A stretch of 64,000 nucleotides of DNA from an uncultured Candidatus Saccharibacteria bacterium. GTDB taxonomy: Bacteria > Patescibacteriota > Dojkabacteria > CAZCSM01. Shown here piece by piece: positions 30,466 to 39,605 of this stretch. Below the pieces are notes generated by a model, which saw nothing but the letters and a program-made list of their open reading frames with translations, did not search any database and was not told where the DNA came from. A program made the position numbers and the translations under genes. Location: positions 2,347 through 66,346 of the forward strand of contig CAZCSM010000006.1 in assembly GCA_964501355.1 (NCBI GenBank), given 5' to 3'. How positions within the stretch are numbered: the first letter of the stretch is position 1; the number at the start of each line of letters is the position of its first letter.

Positions 30466-31103
30466 AACAAGAAGAAGTAAAACAAATAAAAAAGCAAAAT
30501 CCAAACCAATATTATATTGTGGTAGGGTTATTTGTAGTTTCTCTCGTAGGATTATTAATCTTTAGCTATTCGCAGTTGAAGAAATCCGCGACAAAAGTCT
30601 CCGATCAACTTGCTCTGTTGAATCAGTATGCCCTGGAAGAGGCTAAGATTAATAAGCTTTTAAGTGATCATGGTGAGGTTGAGGAACAGTCATTACTTCT
30701 TACAGAAGCAATCCCAGATAAGGGGAAATTGGTGAGCTTCATTGAGAACATAGAGAAGATTGGAGAAATGCTAAATCTGGATTTAGATGTAAGACTAAAA
30801 GAGGGCGTTGTTGACGAAGATGGTGTGGTTGTTGATGTCGAATCTGAGGCAACAAAACGCGTAACTGCATATGCAGGAATATCCTCAGTGGAAGTATTGG
30901 AGGTCGGAGTTTCTGTGCGTACAGATCCGGATGAGTTTGACAAGATAATAAACTTTATCGGTATGCTCGAAGATCTTAAATATTATTCGAGAATTGTTGA
31001 TATGAAATTTATTTCTGGGTTAGACGATCGAGATGGGAGATATTATCTCGATAGTATTTTCACATTAAATTTATATGTTAAAGCCGGTACAGAATCAAAG
31101 TGA
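30462..31103 (+). CDS. pilO: PilO-like bitopic inner-membrane pilus alignment protein
   Basis: Single N-terminal TM, coiled-coil and a C-terminal alpha/beta domain. Sits after pilMN in the locus. Confidence 0.45.
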   Translation: MKQEEVKQIKKQNPNQYYIVVGLFVVSLVGLLIFSYSQLKKSATKVSDQLALLNQYALEEAKINKLLSDHGEVEEQSLLLTEAIPDKGKLVSFIENIEKIGEMLNLDLDVRLKEGVVDEDGVVVDVESEATKRVTAYAGISSVEVLEVGVSVRTDPDEFDKIINFIGMLEDLKYYSRIVDMKFISGLDDRDGRYYLDSIFTLNLYVKAGTESK

Positions 31104-31402
31104 AAGAATTATCAGATAAAATACAAAAGAATATAGTAATTTACATAGAAGTGTTTATTTATGCCGTAATGCTTGCTGTAAACATTTTCTTCGCCTTTGA
31201 AATATATGCGAAGGTCATAGAGAAAGTTGCTCCCAGTGCAAAGACGGTTGAGCTGGAAATCTCAAGTCTAAATTCTCTCAATGAAGACTTGCTAAATGTT
31301 TTCAAGGAAGATCATCAGGAAAGAAAGACCTATATTGAGAGTGGTGATGGTACGTTTGAGAATAAATGGCAAACTCTCTCAAATCCACGCTCTCCATTCT
31401 AA
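31100..31402 (+). CDS. Small membrane protein of the pilus locus
   Basis: 100 aa with one TM segment. Coupled to pilO. Confidence 0.3.
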   Translation: MKELSDKIQKNIVIYIEVFIYAVMLAVNIFFAFEIYAKVIEKVAPSAKTVELEISSLNSLNEDLLNVFKEDHQERKTYIESGDGTFENKWQTLSNPRSPF

Positions 31403-31484
31403 CTTCCCCCTGAACTCAAGATTTCTACATTTAACTTGTTAAGATTCGTGTGCGTTCGCTGTATTGTCTTTTTTTCTGCAATAG

Positions 31485-31515
31485 AAAAATCCCCTATAGA
31501 ATAGGGGATTTTTCA
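31485..31515. terminator. Bidirectional rho-independent terminator between pilus locus 1 and the convergent pilA
   Basis: Perfect palindrome AAAAATCCCCTATAGAATAGGGGATTTTT with A and T runs on both sides. Confidence 0.6.
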
Positions 31516-31536
31516 TGCTTACCTTGGAAATAGATC

Positions 31537-31998
31537 TTAGTATGTCAAGTAGAACTTTGTTTCTTCTTGATCTGCATTCACTTCCATATTGTTTGTTGCA
31601 ACAATGATGTGTTGAGGTGATGCTGTACTATCTACACCGATTAGATACTCTGTAGTTCCATCTGGGTCTACAGGTAGTTCACTTAGATAAGTTGTAAGTC
31701 CATCAAGGTCACTTACGTTACATGCGCCTGCTGTTCCACAAGTAGGTGCTCCAGATACTGTTAATGAATCAAGTGCTGCTCCGCCGATTGTTGGGAAGGC
31801 ACCATTATTATCAATAGTATAAACACTTACTGCTTGAAGAACTGCATTCACATCTTCTCTTCGTCTCGAGTTTCTTGCATCTTGGAATCTTTTCACAGGA
31901 TTTAATGCAACAAGTGTTACAACTGCGAGAATACCAAGAATAGCGATGACTACAAGGATTTCAATTAAGGTAAAACCTTTTTGATTAAGCTTTCTCAT
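31537..31998 (-). CDS. pilA: Type IV major pilin (PilA-like)
   Basis: KGFTLIEILVVIAILGILA prepilin signal and a strong AGGAGGTG ribosome-binding site. 153 aa. Confidence 0.8.
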   Translation of the reverse strand: MRKLNQKGFTLIEILVVIAILGILAVVTLVALNPVKRFQDARNSRRREDVNAVLQAVSVYTIDNNGAFPTIGGAALDSLTVSGAPTCGTAGACNVSDLDGLTTYLSELPVDPDGTTEYLIGVDSTASPQHIIVATNNMEVNADQEETKFYLTY

Positions 31999-32201
31999 TT
32001 GATATACTCACCTCCTTGTGATTTTAGACAGTTTAAGTTTTCACAATATTCGTTTATCAGTTGAATATCGTTCATTACCAATCTACATTATTGTGTTCTT
32101 CCTTGTCAAGAAGACACTTTTTTTGTTTCAAAAACATAGTAAATGCAAAGTTTTGCAATTTGTTGTAGAATGTAAAAGATTAGTTAAATGGAACTTTCAG
32201 T

Positions 32202-32987
32202 ATGTCAGGACATTCCAAATGGTCAACTATTAAAAGGAAAAAGGGTGCTCTAGATGCTAAGCGAGGTCAAGTCTTCACGAAGATCTCAAAGATGATAACT
32301 ATCGCTGCACAAGAAGGCGGTGGTGATCCAGATATGAACTTCTCTTTGCGTATTGCTATAGAGAAGGCAAAAGAGGCAAACATGCCAAAAGACAACATCG
32401 ACAGAGCTGTTAAAAAAGGATTGGGAGAGGGTGGTGGTGAAGCGTTAGTTGAAATGTCATATGAGGGCTATGGTCCTGAGGGAGTTGCTGTTATTGTTGA
32501 TGCAATGACAGATAATAGAAATCGTACTGCAGCCGAGGTTCGCCATATTTTTGAGGGTTGCGGCGGATCATTGGGATCGGATGGCGCCGTTTCTTGGCAG
32601 TTTGAAACAAAAGGTTTGATTACGATTAAATGTAAAAAGATTCAAAAATCAGAGAAATTTGGTAAAGAGGACGAAGAGGTTTCTATCGATAAGGACGAAT
32701 GCATGTTAGAGATTATGGAGGTTGAGGGTGTAGAAGACGTTCGGGAAATAGATCTGGAAGAAGAAGGCTTGGGTCTAGAAATTTATTCTGATAAAAAGGA
32801 CTTTGCTCCAGTACGGGGACAGGTTGAGCAGTTAGGTTATGTAATTGTTTCCTCTGAAATCATCAAGGTTCCGACCAATCCTACGAAAGTCAGTGCTGAA
32901 GTAGTTGAGAAAGTCCATCACTTTATAGAGTCTATGGAGGAAAATGAGGATGTCCAAAATGTTTGGGTTAATATAGACTTAGAATAA
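32202..32987 (+). CDS. yebC: YebC/PmpR-family transcriptional regulator
   Basis: MSGHSKWSTIKRKKGALDAKRG is the canonical N-terminus. Carries an acidic insert. Confidence 0.85.
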   Translation: MSGHSKWSTIKRKKGALDAKRGQVFTKISKMITIAAQEGGGDPDMNFSLRIAIEKAKEANMPKDNIDRAVKKGLGEGGGEALVEMSYEGYGPEGVAVIVDAMTDNRNRTAAEVRHIFEGCGGSLGSDGAVSWQFETKGLITIKCKKIQKSEKFGKEDEEVSIDKDECMLEIMEVEGVEDVREIDLEEEGLGLEIYSDKKDFAPVRGQVEQLGYVIVSSEIIKVPTNPTKVSAEVVEKVHHFIESMEENEDVQNVWVNIDLE

Positions 32988-33497
32988 TTGATGTCAAAGA
33001 AATCATCTATTCGTATATTGGGGATTGATCCCGGGATTGCAATAACAGGGTGGGGGATTGTAGATTTTGACGGAAACCAGTGTAAAGTAATTTCATATGG
33101 TGCAATTATTACTAACTCTGACCAACTGATTGAAGATCGTTTGAATATTCTTTTTGATGATTTGGATGAAGTCGTAGCAGAATTCTCTCCTTCCGTTATG
33201 GCAATAGAGCAATTGTTTTTTTTCAAAAATGCAAAAACGATAATTACCGTTGGGGAGGCGAGGGGGGTTACACTGCTTGCCGCGAAGAGATGCAATCTTG
33301 GAATATTTGAGTATACGCCCTTGCAAATAAAGCAGGCTGTGACAGGCTATGGGCGTGCTGCCAAAGCTCAGATGCAGCAGATGATAACGGAATTGCTAAA
33401 ACTTGAGGAAACGCCAAAGCCTGATGATGTTGCTGATGCATTGGCAGTAGCCTATACTCACAGTGTATATAATAATCACTTTAAATTCGAAAAATGA
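32988..33497 (+). CDS. ruvC: Holliday junction resolvase RuvC
   Basis: ILGIDPGIAITGWGIV and an acidic catalytic tetrad region. Confidence 0.85.
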   Translation: MMSKKSSIRILGIDPGIAITGWGIVDFDGNQCKVISYGAIITNSDQLIEDRLNILFDDLDEVVAEFSPSVMAIEQLFFFKNAKTIITVGEARGVTLLAAKRCNLGIFEYTPLQIKQAVTGYGRAAKAQMQQMITELLKLEETPKPDDVADALAVAYTHSVYNNHFKFEK

Positions 33498-34081
33498 TAG
33501 GATATCTAAAAGGTACTGTAATTGAAACCGATGCAGAGACTCTAATTTTAAATGTTAGTGGAGTAGGGTACCTAGTTCATGCTAATACCTCTGTCATACG
33601 CAAGGATGAAGATAAGGAGTTTTATATCTATACACATGTTCGCGAAGATCAGCTAAATTTGTATGGATTTCCCACTCAAGAAGAACTGACCCTATTTAAA
33701 ATTTTGATTTCCGTTAAAGGAGTTGGACCAAAAGTGGCGATGAGTATTCTTTCCAATCTCAGTGTGGAAGAGCTTGCTCAGGCTGTTCTACTTGATGACG
33801 CGAAAACAATTCAGTCTGTTCCAGGAATTGGGAAAAAAGGTGCTGAGCGGATTGTTCTTGAAATAAGAGGACAGATTGAGAACTTAGGATATTCTGCAAA
33901 GGGTGGAGTAGAAAGAAACACAACGAAGATAGCGAGTAACTTGAAAAAGGAAGTTCTTGGTGCCCTGCAAAACCTCGGTTATAATAAAGGGGAAGCAGAA
34001 GATAGACTGGATGCTGTGATGCAGGACTATTCTGGCGAAATGAAGGTCGAAACTCTGATTAAACTATGTTTGAGCACATAA
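33494..34081 (+). CDS. ruvA: Holliday junction DNA helicase RuvA
   Basis: MIGYLKG start, OB-fold, and a paired helix-hairpin-helix ([17 protein letters not shown]). Confidence 0.85.
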   Translation: MIGYLKGTVIETDAETLILNVSGVGYLVHANTSVIRKDEDKEFYIYTHVREDQLNLYGFPTQEELTLFKILISVKGVGPKVAMSILSNLSVEELAQAVLLDDAKTIQSVPGIGKKGAERIVLEIRGQIENLGYSAKGGVERNTTKIASNLKKEVLGALQNLGYNKGEAEDRLDAVMQDYSGEMKVETLIKLCLST

Positions 34082-34085
34082 AATT

Positions 34086-35087
34086 GTGATAGAAAAGAGA
34101 ATTGTTTCTCCCACTGCGGATAAACAGGATGTTAAAATAGAAAAAACATTAAGACCTCGAACTTTAAAGGAATTAATCGGGAGGGAGCAGGAAAAGGAAA
34201 GCTTCAACATATTAATTGATGCCGCGAAGAAACGTGGTGCTTCTATCGACCATGTCTTATTATATGGTCCGCCGGGGCTTGGCAAAACTACTCTTGCTCA
34301 TATTTTGGCAAATGAGATGAACGTTGGAATCAAGGTCACATCGGGGCCGGCCATTGAGCGCGCTGGTGATTTGGCTGCAATTCTAACGAACCTTCAAAAA
34401 CACGACATCTTGTTTATTGATGAGATACATAGATTGAACAAGGTTGTCGAGGAAATCTTATACCCTGCTATGGAAGATTCTTCCTTAGATATAATTATTG
34501 GGAAGGGACCTTCTGCAAGAACTGTCAAATTAGACTTGCCGCCATTCACCTTGATCGGTGCTACGACTAAGATTGGTATGCTCAGTTCTCCGTTGCGTGA
34601 TCGTTTCGGAGTCATTCACAGACTTAATTATTATAGTGAGGAGGAGCTTGCGCAGATAATTATTCGGTCTGCAGATGTGCTCGGTGTATCCATATCACAA
34701 GAGTATGCAAAGGAAATTGCGGAAAGATCTCGCGGGACAGCCAGAATTGCAAATAGACTGCTGAAACGTGTTCGAGACTATGCGGAAGTAAAAAATGATA
34801 GTGTTATCGATAGTAATGTCGTTGCAGAATCACTGAATATAATAGGCGTTGATAAAAATGGTTTGGATAACTTGGATAGAATGGTTCTCTCGGTAATATT
34901 AGAAAATTATAGTGGCGGGCCTGTCGGTCTTAAGGCTATTGCTGCCGTAATATCTGAGGATGTGGATACCCTTGCTGATGTTTGCGAGCCATACCTCCTG
35001 CAAAACGGTTATATCCTGAGAACGCCACGAGGAAGGGTTGCAACTAAAAAAGCCTATGATTTACTTGGTTTAGAATATAAATTTTAA
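34086..35087 (+). CDS. ruvB: Holliday junction DNA helicase RuvB
   Basis: AAA+ Walker [12 protein letters not shown], Walker [11 protein letters not shown], and a winged-helix C-terminus. Confidence 0.9.
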   Translation: MIEKRIVSPTADKQDVKIEKTLRPRTLKELIGREQEKESFNILIDAAKKRGASIDHVLLYGPPGLGKTTLAHILANEMNVGIKVTSGPAIERAGDLAAILTNLQKHDILFIDEIHRLNKVVEEILYPAMEDSSLDIIIGKGPSARTVKLDLPPFTLIGATTKIGMLSSPLRDRFGVIHRLNYYSEEELAQIIIRSADVLGVSISQEYAKEIAERSRGTARIANRLLKRVRDYAEVKNDSVIDSNVVAESLNIIGVDKNGLDNLDRMVLSVILENYSGGPVGLKAIAAVISEDVDTLADVCEPYLLQNGYILRTPRGRVATKKAYDLLGLEYKF

Positions 35088-35089
35088 AG

Positions 35090-35854
35090 ATGCAAAAACG
35101 AACAAGAATTGGTGTGCTAAGTGTTCTTATGGGAGTACTCTTGTTACTCAGTCCTTCGTTTCACATCGGCAACCCGGCACTGTTTGCTGTTCTGGTGGCT
35201 TCTGTAATGTATTTTGGTCTTTATTGGGTTTTGGAATTTAACGTCATTGGGCTGCGCTTGATTTTTGTTTTTCTTCTACCAATAATTTTTACATTCTTAT
35301 TCGTTCAAAGATTACTAAGTGCATGGGGTAGTGGCGCAATCAGCTTCCCGATCGCTGTGTTTTTTGCCATCCTTACTTACGTTCTAATACTAACTGCAAA
35401 TATCTTGAATGTTGCATCGGTTAAGAAAATCCCGCTGCTTCAGGTCGCTCAGACGTCATTGTATTTCTTCTCTACAGTTACCGTTTTCTTTGCTTTCGAC
35501 GCCATTCAGGGCCTGGAAATGGGTACTATACTTGATGTTTTAATTATTGCTTTAGTGGGATTTATAATCACATACCAGCTGATGTGGTTTATTTTGGAGT
35601 CAAGAGCAGACCTCTTTAATGCCGCCTTGATGATCGATCTGGCTTTGGTGATGATTTACTTTGCTTTGTCCTTCTTTCCAATACCATATATGCTCTATAA
35701 CCTAGTTCTCGCGACTGTCTTCTACATCCTTTCTGGGTTATTCATGCATTCAGCAAAGAAGAGTCTTACCGTCGGTATTATTATCGAGTATGTTGTTGTT
35801 ATTGCTGTAATATCTACAATATCAATCCTATCACTTAATTGGGGAAGCTTCTAA
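35090..35854 (+). CDS. Polytopic membrane protein of unknown function
   Basis: 254 aa with about 7 predicted TM helices. No motif recognised. Confidence 0.35.
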   Translation: MQKRTRIGVLSVLMGVLLLLSPSFHIGNPALFAVLVASVMYFGLYWVLEFNVIGLRLIFVFLLPIIFTFLFVQRLLSAWGSGAISFPIAVFFAILTYVLILTANILNVASVKKIPLLQVAQTSLYFFSTVTVFFAFDAIQGLEMGTILDVLIIALVGFIITYQLMWFILESRADLFNAALMIDLALVMIYFALSFFPIPYMLYNLVLATVFYILSGLFMHSAKKSLTVGIIIEYVVVIAVISTISILSLNWGSF

Positions 35855-36570
35855 GAAGCTTTGGGTATATCAATCCAAGAACGAGAATCTATTCAGCCTG
35901 TTTTCCCGTCTTTATAATAAGAATCCTCTATGAGGATTCTCTCACTTTTGTTTATTAATACGGCGGATTGTAATCATGCAAAACTTTAAGAGGCATTAGT
36001 AAAGAGTGGGGGAGTAGGGGCCTCAAGATTAGAGATTGATAATTATTATCCCATAATTATAAAACTATAGGACCTGGAGTTAATAAAGTTTTAATAATTC
36101 AAAATAGGGTGAAACGGACAGTGAAACAGGAATACGCGTAACATTCATAGCTTACTGTGGATAAGTACCCCTGTGACCATATCCTCGGGGGAGACCCGGT
36201 TTAACACAAATAATGTATAAATAATAATTGTATTTATCTTATAAACGTTGATGGTGGAGGATTAAATAGATGAATATTATTCTAATTATTCCCCATTAGG
36301 GCGCGTTGATCTAAAATGTTTGCAAATCGACAATCTGAGTGCTAATATAAGAGCATAAACTATTTCGTATAATCACCCTTATGCGAAGTACTGTGTCGAC
36401 AGGGAGCGACGGGGCAGTCCCCTGTTCTATTTTCAATATTTGCTGATTTATCTCTTTGCTTCTATAATTAATTTGAATTATTAATCATTTATTTTTATAA
36501 ACAATTCTTTTATTTACCTTTCGGTCTTGTATTCGTTCTATTACTATTAACTTTCATTGAAAATACGCTT

Positions 36571-37686
36571 ATGGTTGCTTTAGATCCCCTATCGATTGAA
36601 ATTCCTTATAAAGAGGACTTTTTGATTGATTTGACAAACAATAATTACTCTATTGAAACTGTTTATAACTACGGTAGGGATCTTACGGTCTTTGAAAGGT
36701 TTCTACAATCACGTAAAGTTCCATTTGAGAAGTTGGATAAAAGGACGATTAGTTTGTACAAAGGATTTTTACGCTCAGGGAAACATTTGGAAATAATAAA
36801 TGAGCTTCGAGATAGAGAAGAATTTTTGAAAATTACGGGACATGCTTCAATTAACATTGGTGATACGGCAGAATCTCGTGTGACGAATTCTAAGGGGGTT
36901 CTAAGCGACGATAAGGTTGCAGGTGCTACACGAGGTGCTTTGCAAAATACAAGTTTGAATAAACTCTCGGCTCGATCTGTGAATCGGATGCTTTCTGCTC
37001 TCAGATCTTACCTCGGATATTTGCTCGACTATGATTATGTATGTCCGATTGCTCCCGAAGTTATTAAACTTATAAAAACGGAACGTAAAGAATCTCAAGT
37101 TGCTGATCTTGATGAATTAATTCAAATTATCGAAGCTTCAGAATTATATGAGGAAGATGACTTTGTTAAACTTCGAAATCGTGCAATGCTTGAAGTTCTT
37201 TTTTCAACTGGGATGAGAATCTCTGAACTTGTTAGTTTAGGAACTGCGGATATTAATGCGGAAGGTAAGATCTATATTATGGGTAAAGGAAAGAAGCAGC
37301 GTATGGTTTATTTGACCGAAAGGGCTAGGGGGCATTTGAATGAGTATATGAAGAGAAGAGGGACTTCTGAATTTTCTACCTCCCCTGCTCTATTTTTATC
37401 TTCTCGCGGTCAGGGGAAAAATACGAGAAAAAGTCGAATAACTCCACGTTATGTTCAGATGAAAATTCAACAATATCGCAAACTTTTGGGGATTGTGGTT
37501 CCGGTGACGCCACATGGTTTGAGGCACGGTTTCGCAACTTATTTGGCTGAAGAAGGCGCAAATCCGGCGGCGATCCAGAGGCTTCTCGGTCATGAATCTC
37601 TTCAAACTACGACAAGATATGTGCATGCGTCGGATAAATTTGCAGAGGAAACACATAAGAAATATCATCCGCTGGCGGTGGGATAA
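36571..37686 (+). CDS. Tyrosine site-specific recombinase/integrase (XerC/D-phage integrase family) with an enlarged N-terminal SAM-like domain
   Basis: C-terminal catalytic motifs HGLRH and LLGHESLQTTTRYVH, with R...K...H.R..Y placement. It follows a 716-bp non-coding region. Confidence 0.8.
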   Translation: MVALDPLSIEIPYKEDFLIDLTNNNYSIETVYNYGRDLTVFERFLQSRKVPFEKLDKRTISLYKGFLRSGKHLEIINELRDREEFLKITGHASINIGDTAESRVTNSKGVLSDDKVAGATRGALQNTSLNKLSARSVNRMLSALRSYLGYLLDYDYVCPIAPEVIKLIKTERKESQVADLDELIQIIEASELYEEDDFVKLRNRAMLEVLFSTGMRISELVSLGTADINAEGKIYIMGKGKKQRMVYLTERARGHLNEYMKRRGTSEFSTSPALFLSSRGQGKNTRKSRITPRYVQMKIQQYRKLLGIVVPVTPHGLRHGFATYLAEEGANPAAIQRLLGHESLQTTTRYVHASDKFAEETHKKYHPLAVG

Positions 37687-37890
37687 GAAAATTAAAAATT
37701 AAAAATTAAAAAGTAAAAAAGAAATTTTACGGTTTCAGTGGCAGGGACAGGATGAGGGTTTTTGTAGTCTGGAAAGTGCAATGCACTGTTACTCGTCACT
37801 GAATTTGTGTAAAAAATCTCTTGCAATCAGGCGGATTTTTGATAATATATGTCATATACTTATAAATATTTATAGTTTTGTGTCACAAAC

Positions 37891-38514
37891 ATGCGTTTTT
37901 TAGATTTTAAACAAAAGCTTGAAGGTTTTGTAGTATTTTCTTTGGATGATATTGGGGCTTTTGATCCGAATTTTAATATGGTTCAATTGTCGCAGTGGCA
38001 AAAGAAAAATTACATTAGGAAAATTATAAAGGGAAAGTATATTTTCTCTGATTCAGATTTAAATGAAAAACATCTTTTCTTAATCAGTAATGAGCTTTTG
38101 TCGCCGTCATATATTTCATTAGAAACGGCACTTTCGTGGTATGGAATAATACCCGAAGGTGTTTATACGATAACGGCGGTTTCACCTATTCGAACTATGG
38201 ATTATCAAGTTTCAATTGGTAATTTTTCTTACAATAAGATAAAGAAGTCGGCTTTCTTCGGAGATGTTGTGAATGAGATTCCCGGAACTAAGAGAAAATA
38301 TAGGATTGCTTCAATAGAAAAAGCCATTATTGATTATTTGTATTACCACAAAGAAATAGTATCTTCTGATGATATCGATGCTTTGCGATTTAATAGTACT
38401 GTCATAAAAAACGGTTTAGACTTTAATCTCTTCATTTCATATGCGAAGGTTATTGAAAACGCAGAGTTATTGAAAAGAGCCAATATTTTTGTAAAGTATT
38501 TTGAGAATGCTTAA
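37891..38514 (+). CDS. AbiEi-family type IV toxin-antitoxin antitoxin/transcriptional regulator
   Basis: N-terminal winged-helix segment FSLDDIGAFDPNFNMVQLSQWQKKNYIRKIIKGKY is typical of the AbiEi_4 domain. It overlaps the downstream toxin by 14 bp. Confidence 0.65.
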   Translation: MRFLDFKQKLEGFVVFSLDDIGAFDPNFNMVQLSQWQKKNYIRKIIKGKYIFSDSDLNEKHLFLISNELLSPSYISLETALSWYGIIPEGVYTITAVSPIRTMDYQVSIGNFSYNKIKKSAFFGDVVNEIPGTKRKYRIASIEKAIIDYLYYHKEIVSSDDIDALRFNSTVIKNGLDFNLFISYAKVIENAELLKRANIFVKYFENA

Positions 38515-39280
38515 ATTAAGTGAAATTAAAGAGAATTATTCTCCTAAATTACAGGTTTTCTCAAGAGGAATTCTGAGAGAATATATTCAATACAAGATTC
38601 TTGAGGTTATTTATAGTTCCAAATTTGCTTCGAAGTTGGTTTTCATGGGCGGAACAGCTCTTCGAATTGTTTATGATAATCAGAGGTTTTCTGAAGATTT
38701 AGACTTTGATAATTTTTCTTTAACAGTTGATGATTTTGAGAATCTTACCAATTTAATAGAGAATTCTTTGGAGAATGAGGGTTATGAAATAGAGATTAGG
38801 AATGTCTACAAAGGTGCTTTTCATTGTTATATCAAAATTCCGAAAGTATTGCAGCTTGAGGGTTTATCTGATATTTCGAACGAAAAGATTACGATTCGAA
38901 TTGATACAACTCCTCAAAATTATGATTATAAGAAGGGTTTATTTTTGATTGATAAATTTGGTGTGTATCAGAATATTTCTGTTGTCCCAATAGAGCTTTT
39001 GATGGCACAGAAGTTTGCTGCGATTTTAGGCAGGAAACGTGCAAAGGGTCGAGATTATTTTGATTTGTCGTATTTGTTTGGTTTGGGTGTTGAACCTGAT
39101 ATGTTATATATTGAAAAGAAATTAGGGTTTTCAAATTTGTCTGAACTTCGGATTGCTGTTCTCGATCATCTTAAGAATGTAAATTTGGAGGATATGGTTA
39201 AAGATGTGGAAAAGTTCTTGTTTAATCCTAGTCACACTGACAGAATAAGAAATTTTCCGCAAATGATAGAAAAGCTTTGA
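38501..39280 (+). CDS. AbiEii/AbiGii-family nucleotidyltransferase toxin (DUF1814)
   Basis: Motifs FMGGTALRIVY and RFSEDLDFD match the nucleotidyltransferase-fold abortive-infection toxin. Confidence 0.75.
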   Translation: MRMLKLSEIKENYSPKLQVFSRGILREYIQYKILEVIYSSKFASKLVFMGGTALRIVYDNQRFSEDLDFDNFSLTVDDFENLTNLIENSLENEGYEIEIRNVYKGAFHCYIKIPKVLQLEGLSDISNEKITIRIDTTPQNYDYKKGLFLIDKFGVYQNISVVPIELLMAQKFAAILGRKRAKGRDYFDLSYLFGLGVEPDMLYIEKKLGFSNLSELRIAVLDHLKNVNLEDMVKDVEKFLFNPSHTDRIRNFPQMIEKL

Positions 39281-39303
39281 AAGAAGCTTCCCCTACTTTC
39301 TTT

Positions 39304-39372
39304 GTGTACATGCTTCGGATAAATTCGCAGAGGAAACGCATAAGAAATATCATCCGCTGGCGGTGGGATAAG
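39304..39372 (+). pseudogene. Orphan duplicate of the integrase 3-prime terminus (last 22 codons plus stop)
   Basis: The 69-bp copy of 37618-37686 has 5 mismatches that are all synonymous, so it still encodes VHASDKFAEETHKKYHPLAVG followed by a stop. The last 33 bp are identical. Confidence 0.6.
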
Positions 39373-39605
39373 ATAAGGAAAAAGTAAAAAGGAAAAATAT
39401 GTGGTGAGCTTGTCCCTCCTTAGCGGGACGAAGTAAAACTAGGGGAAAAAAGATGCTTTTTCCTCAAATTTTTGGTAAAATGTTATCTTATATCTATATA
39501 TTATATCATTTTTATTTATTTATTTTATTTGTAGAATAAAATGCTGACACTAACAGGAGACCAACAATAGAATCTATTCTTGGAGATGAAGTTTTAGATC
39601 GTGCT

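Noticed and set aside
36100-36210. RNase P RNA or purine-riboswitch-like motifs (AGGGTGAAACGG, ACCCGGTTTA, CGTATAATC)
   Set aside because: Only short fragments resemble the conserved P4 and P10-P11 or riboswitch sequences. Spacing and partner strands are missing. Kept as an unresolved non-coding region.
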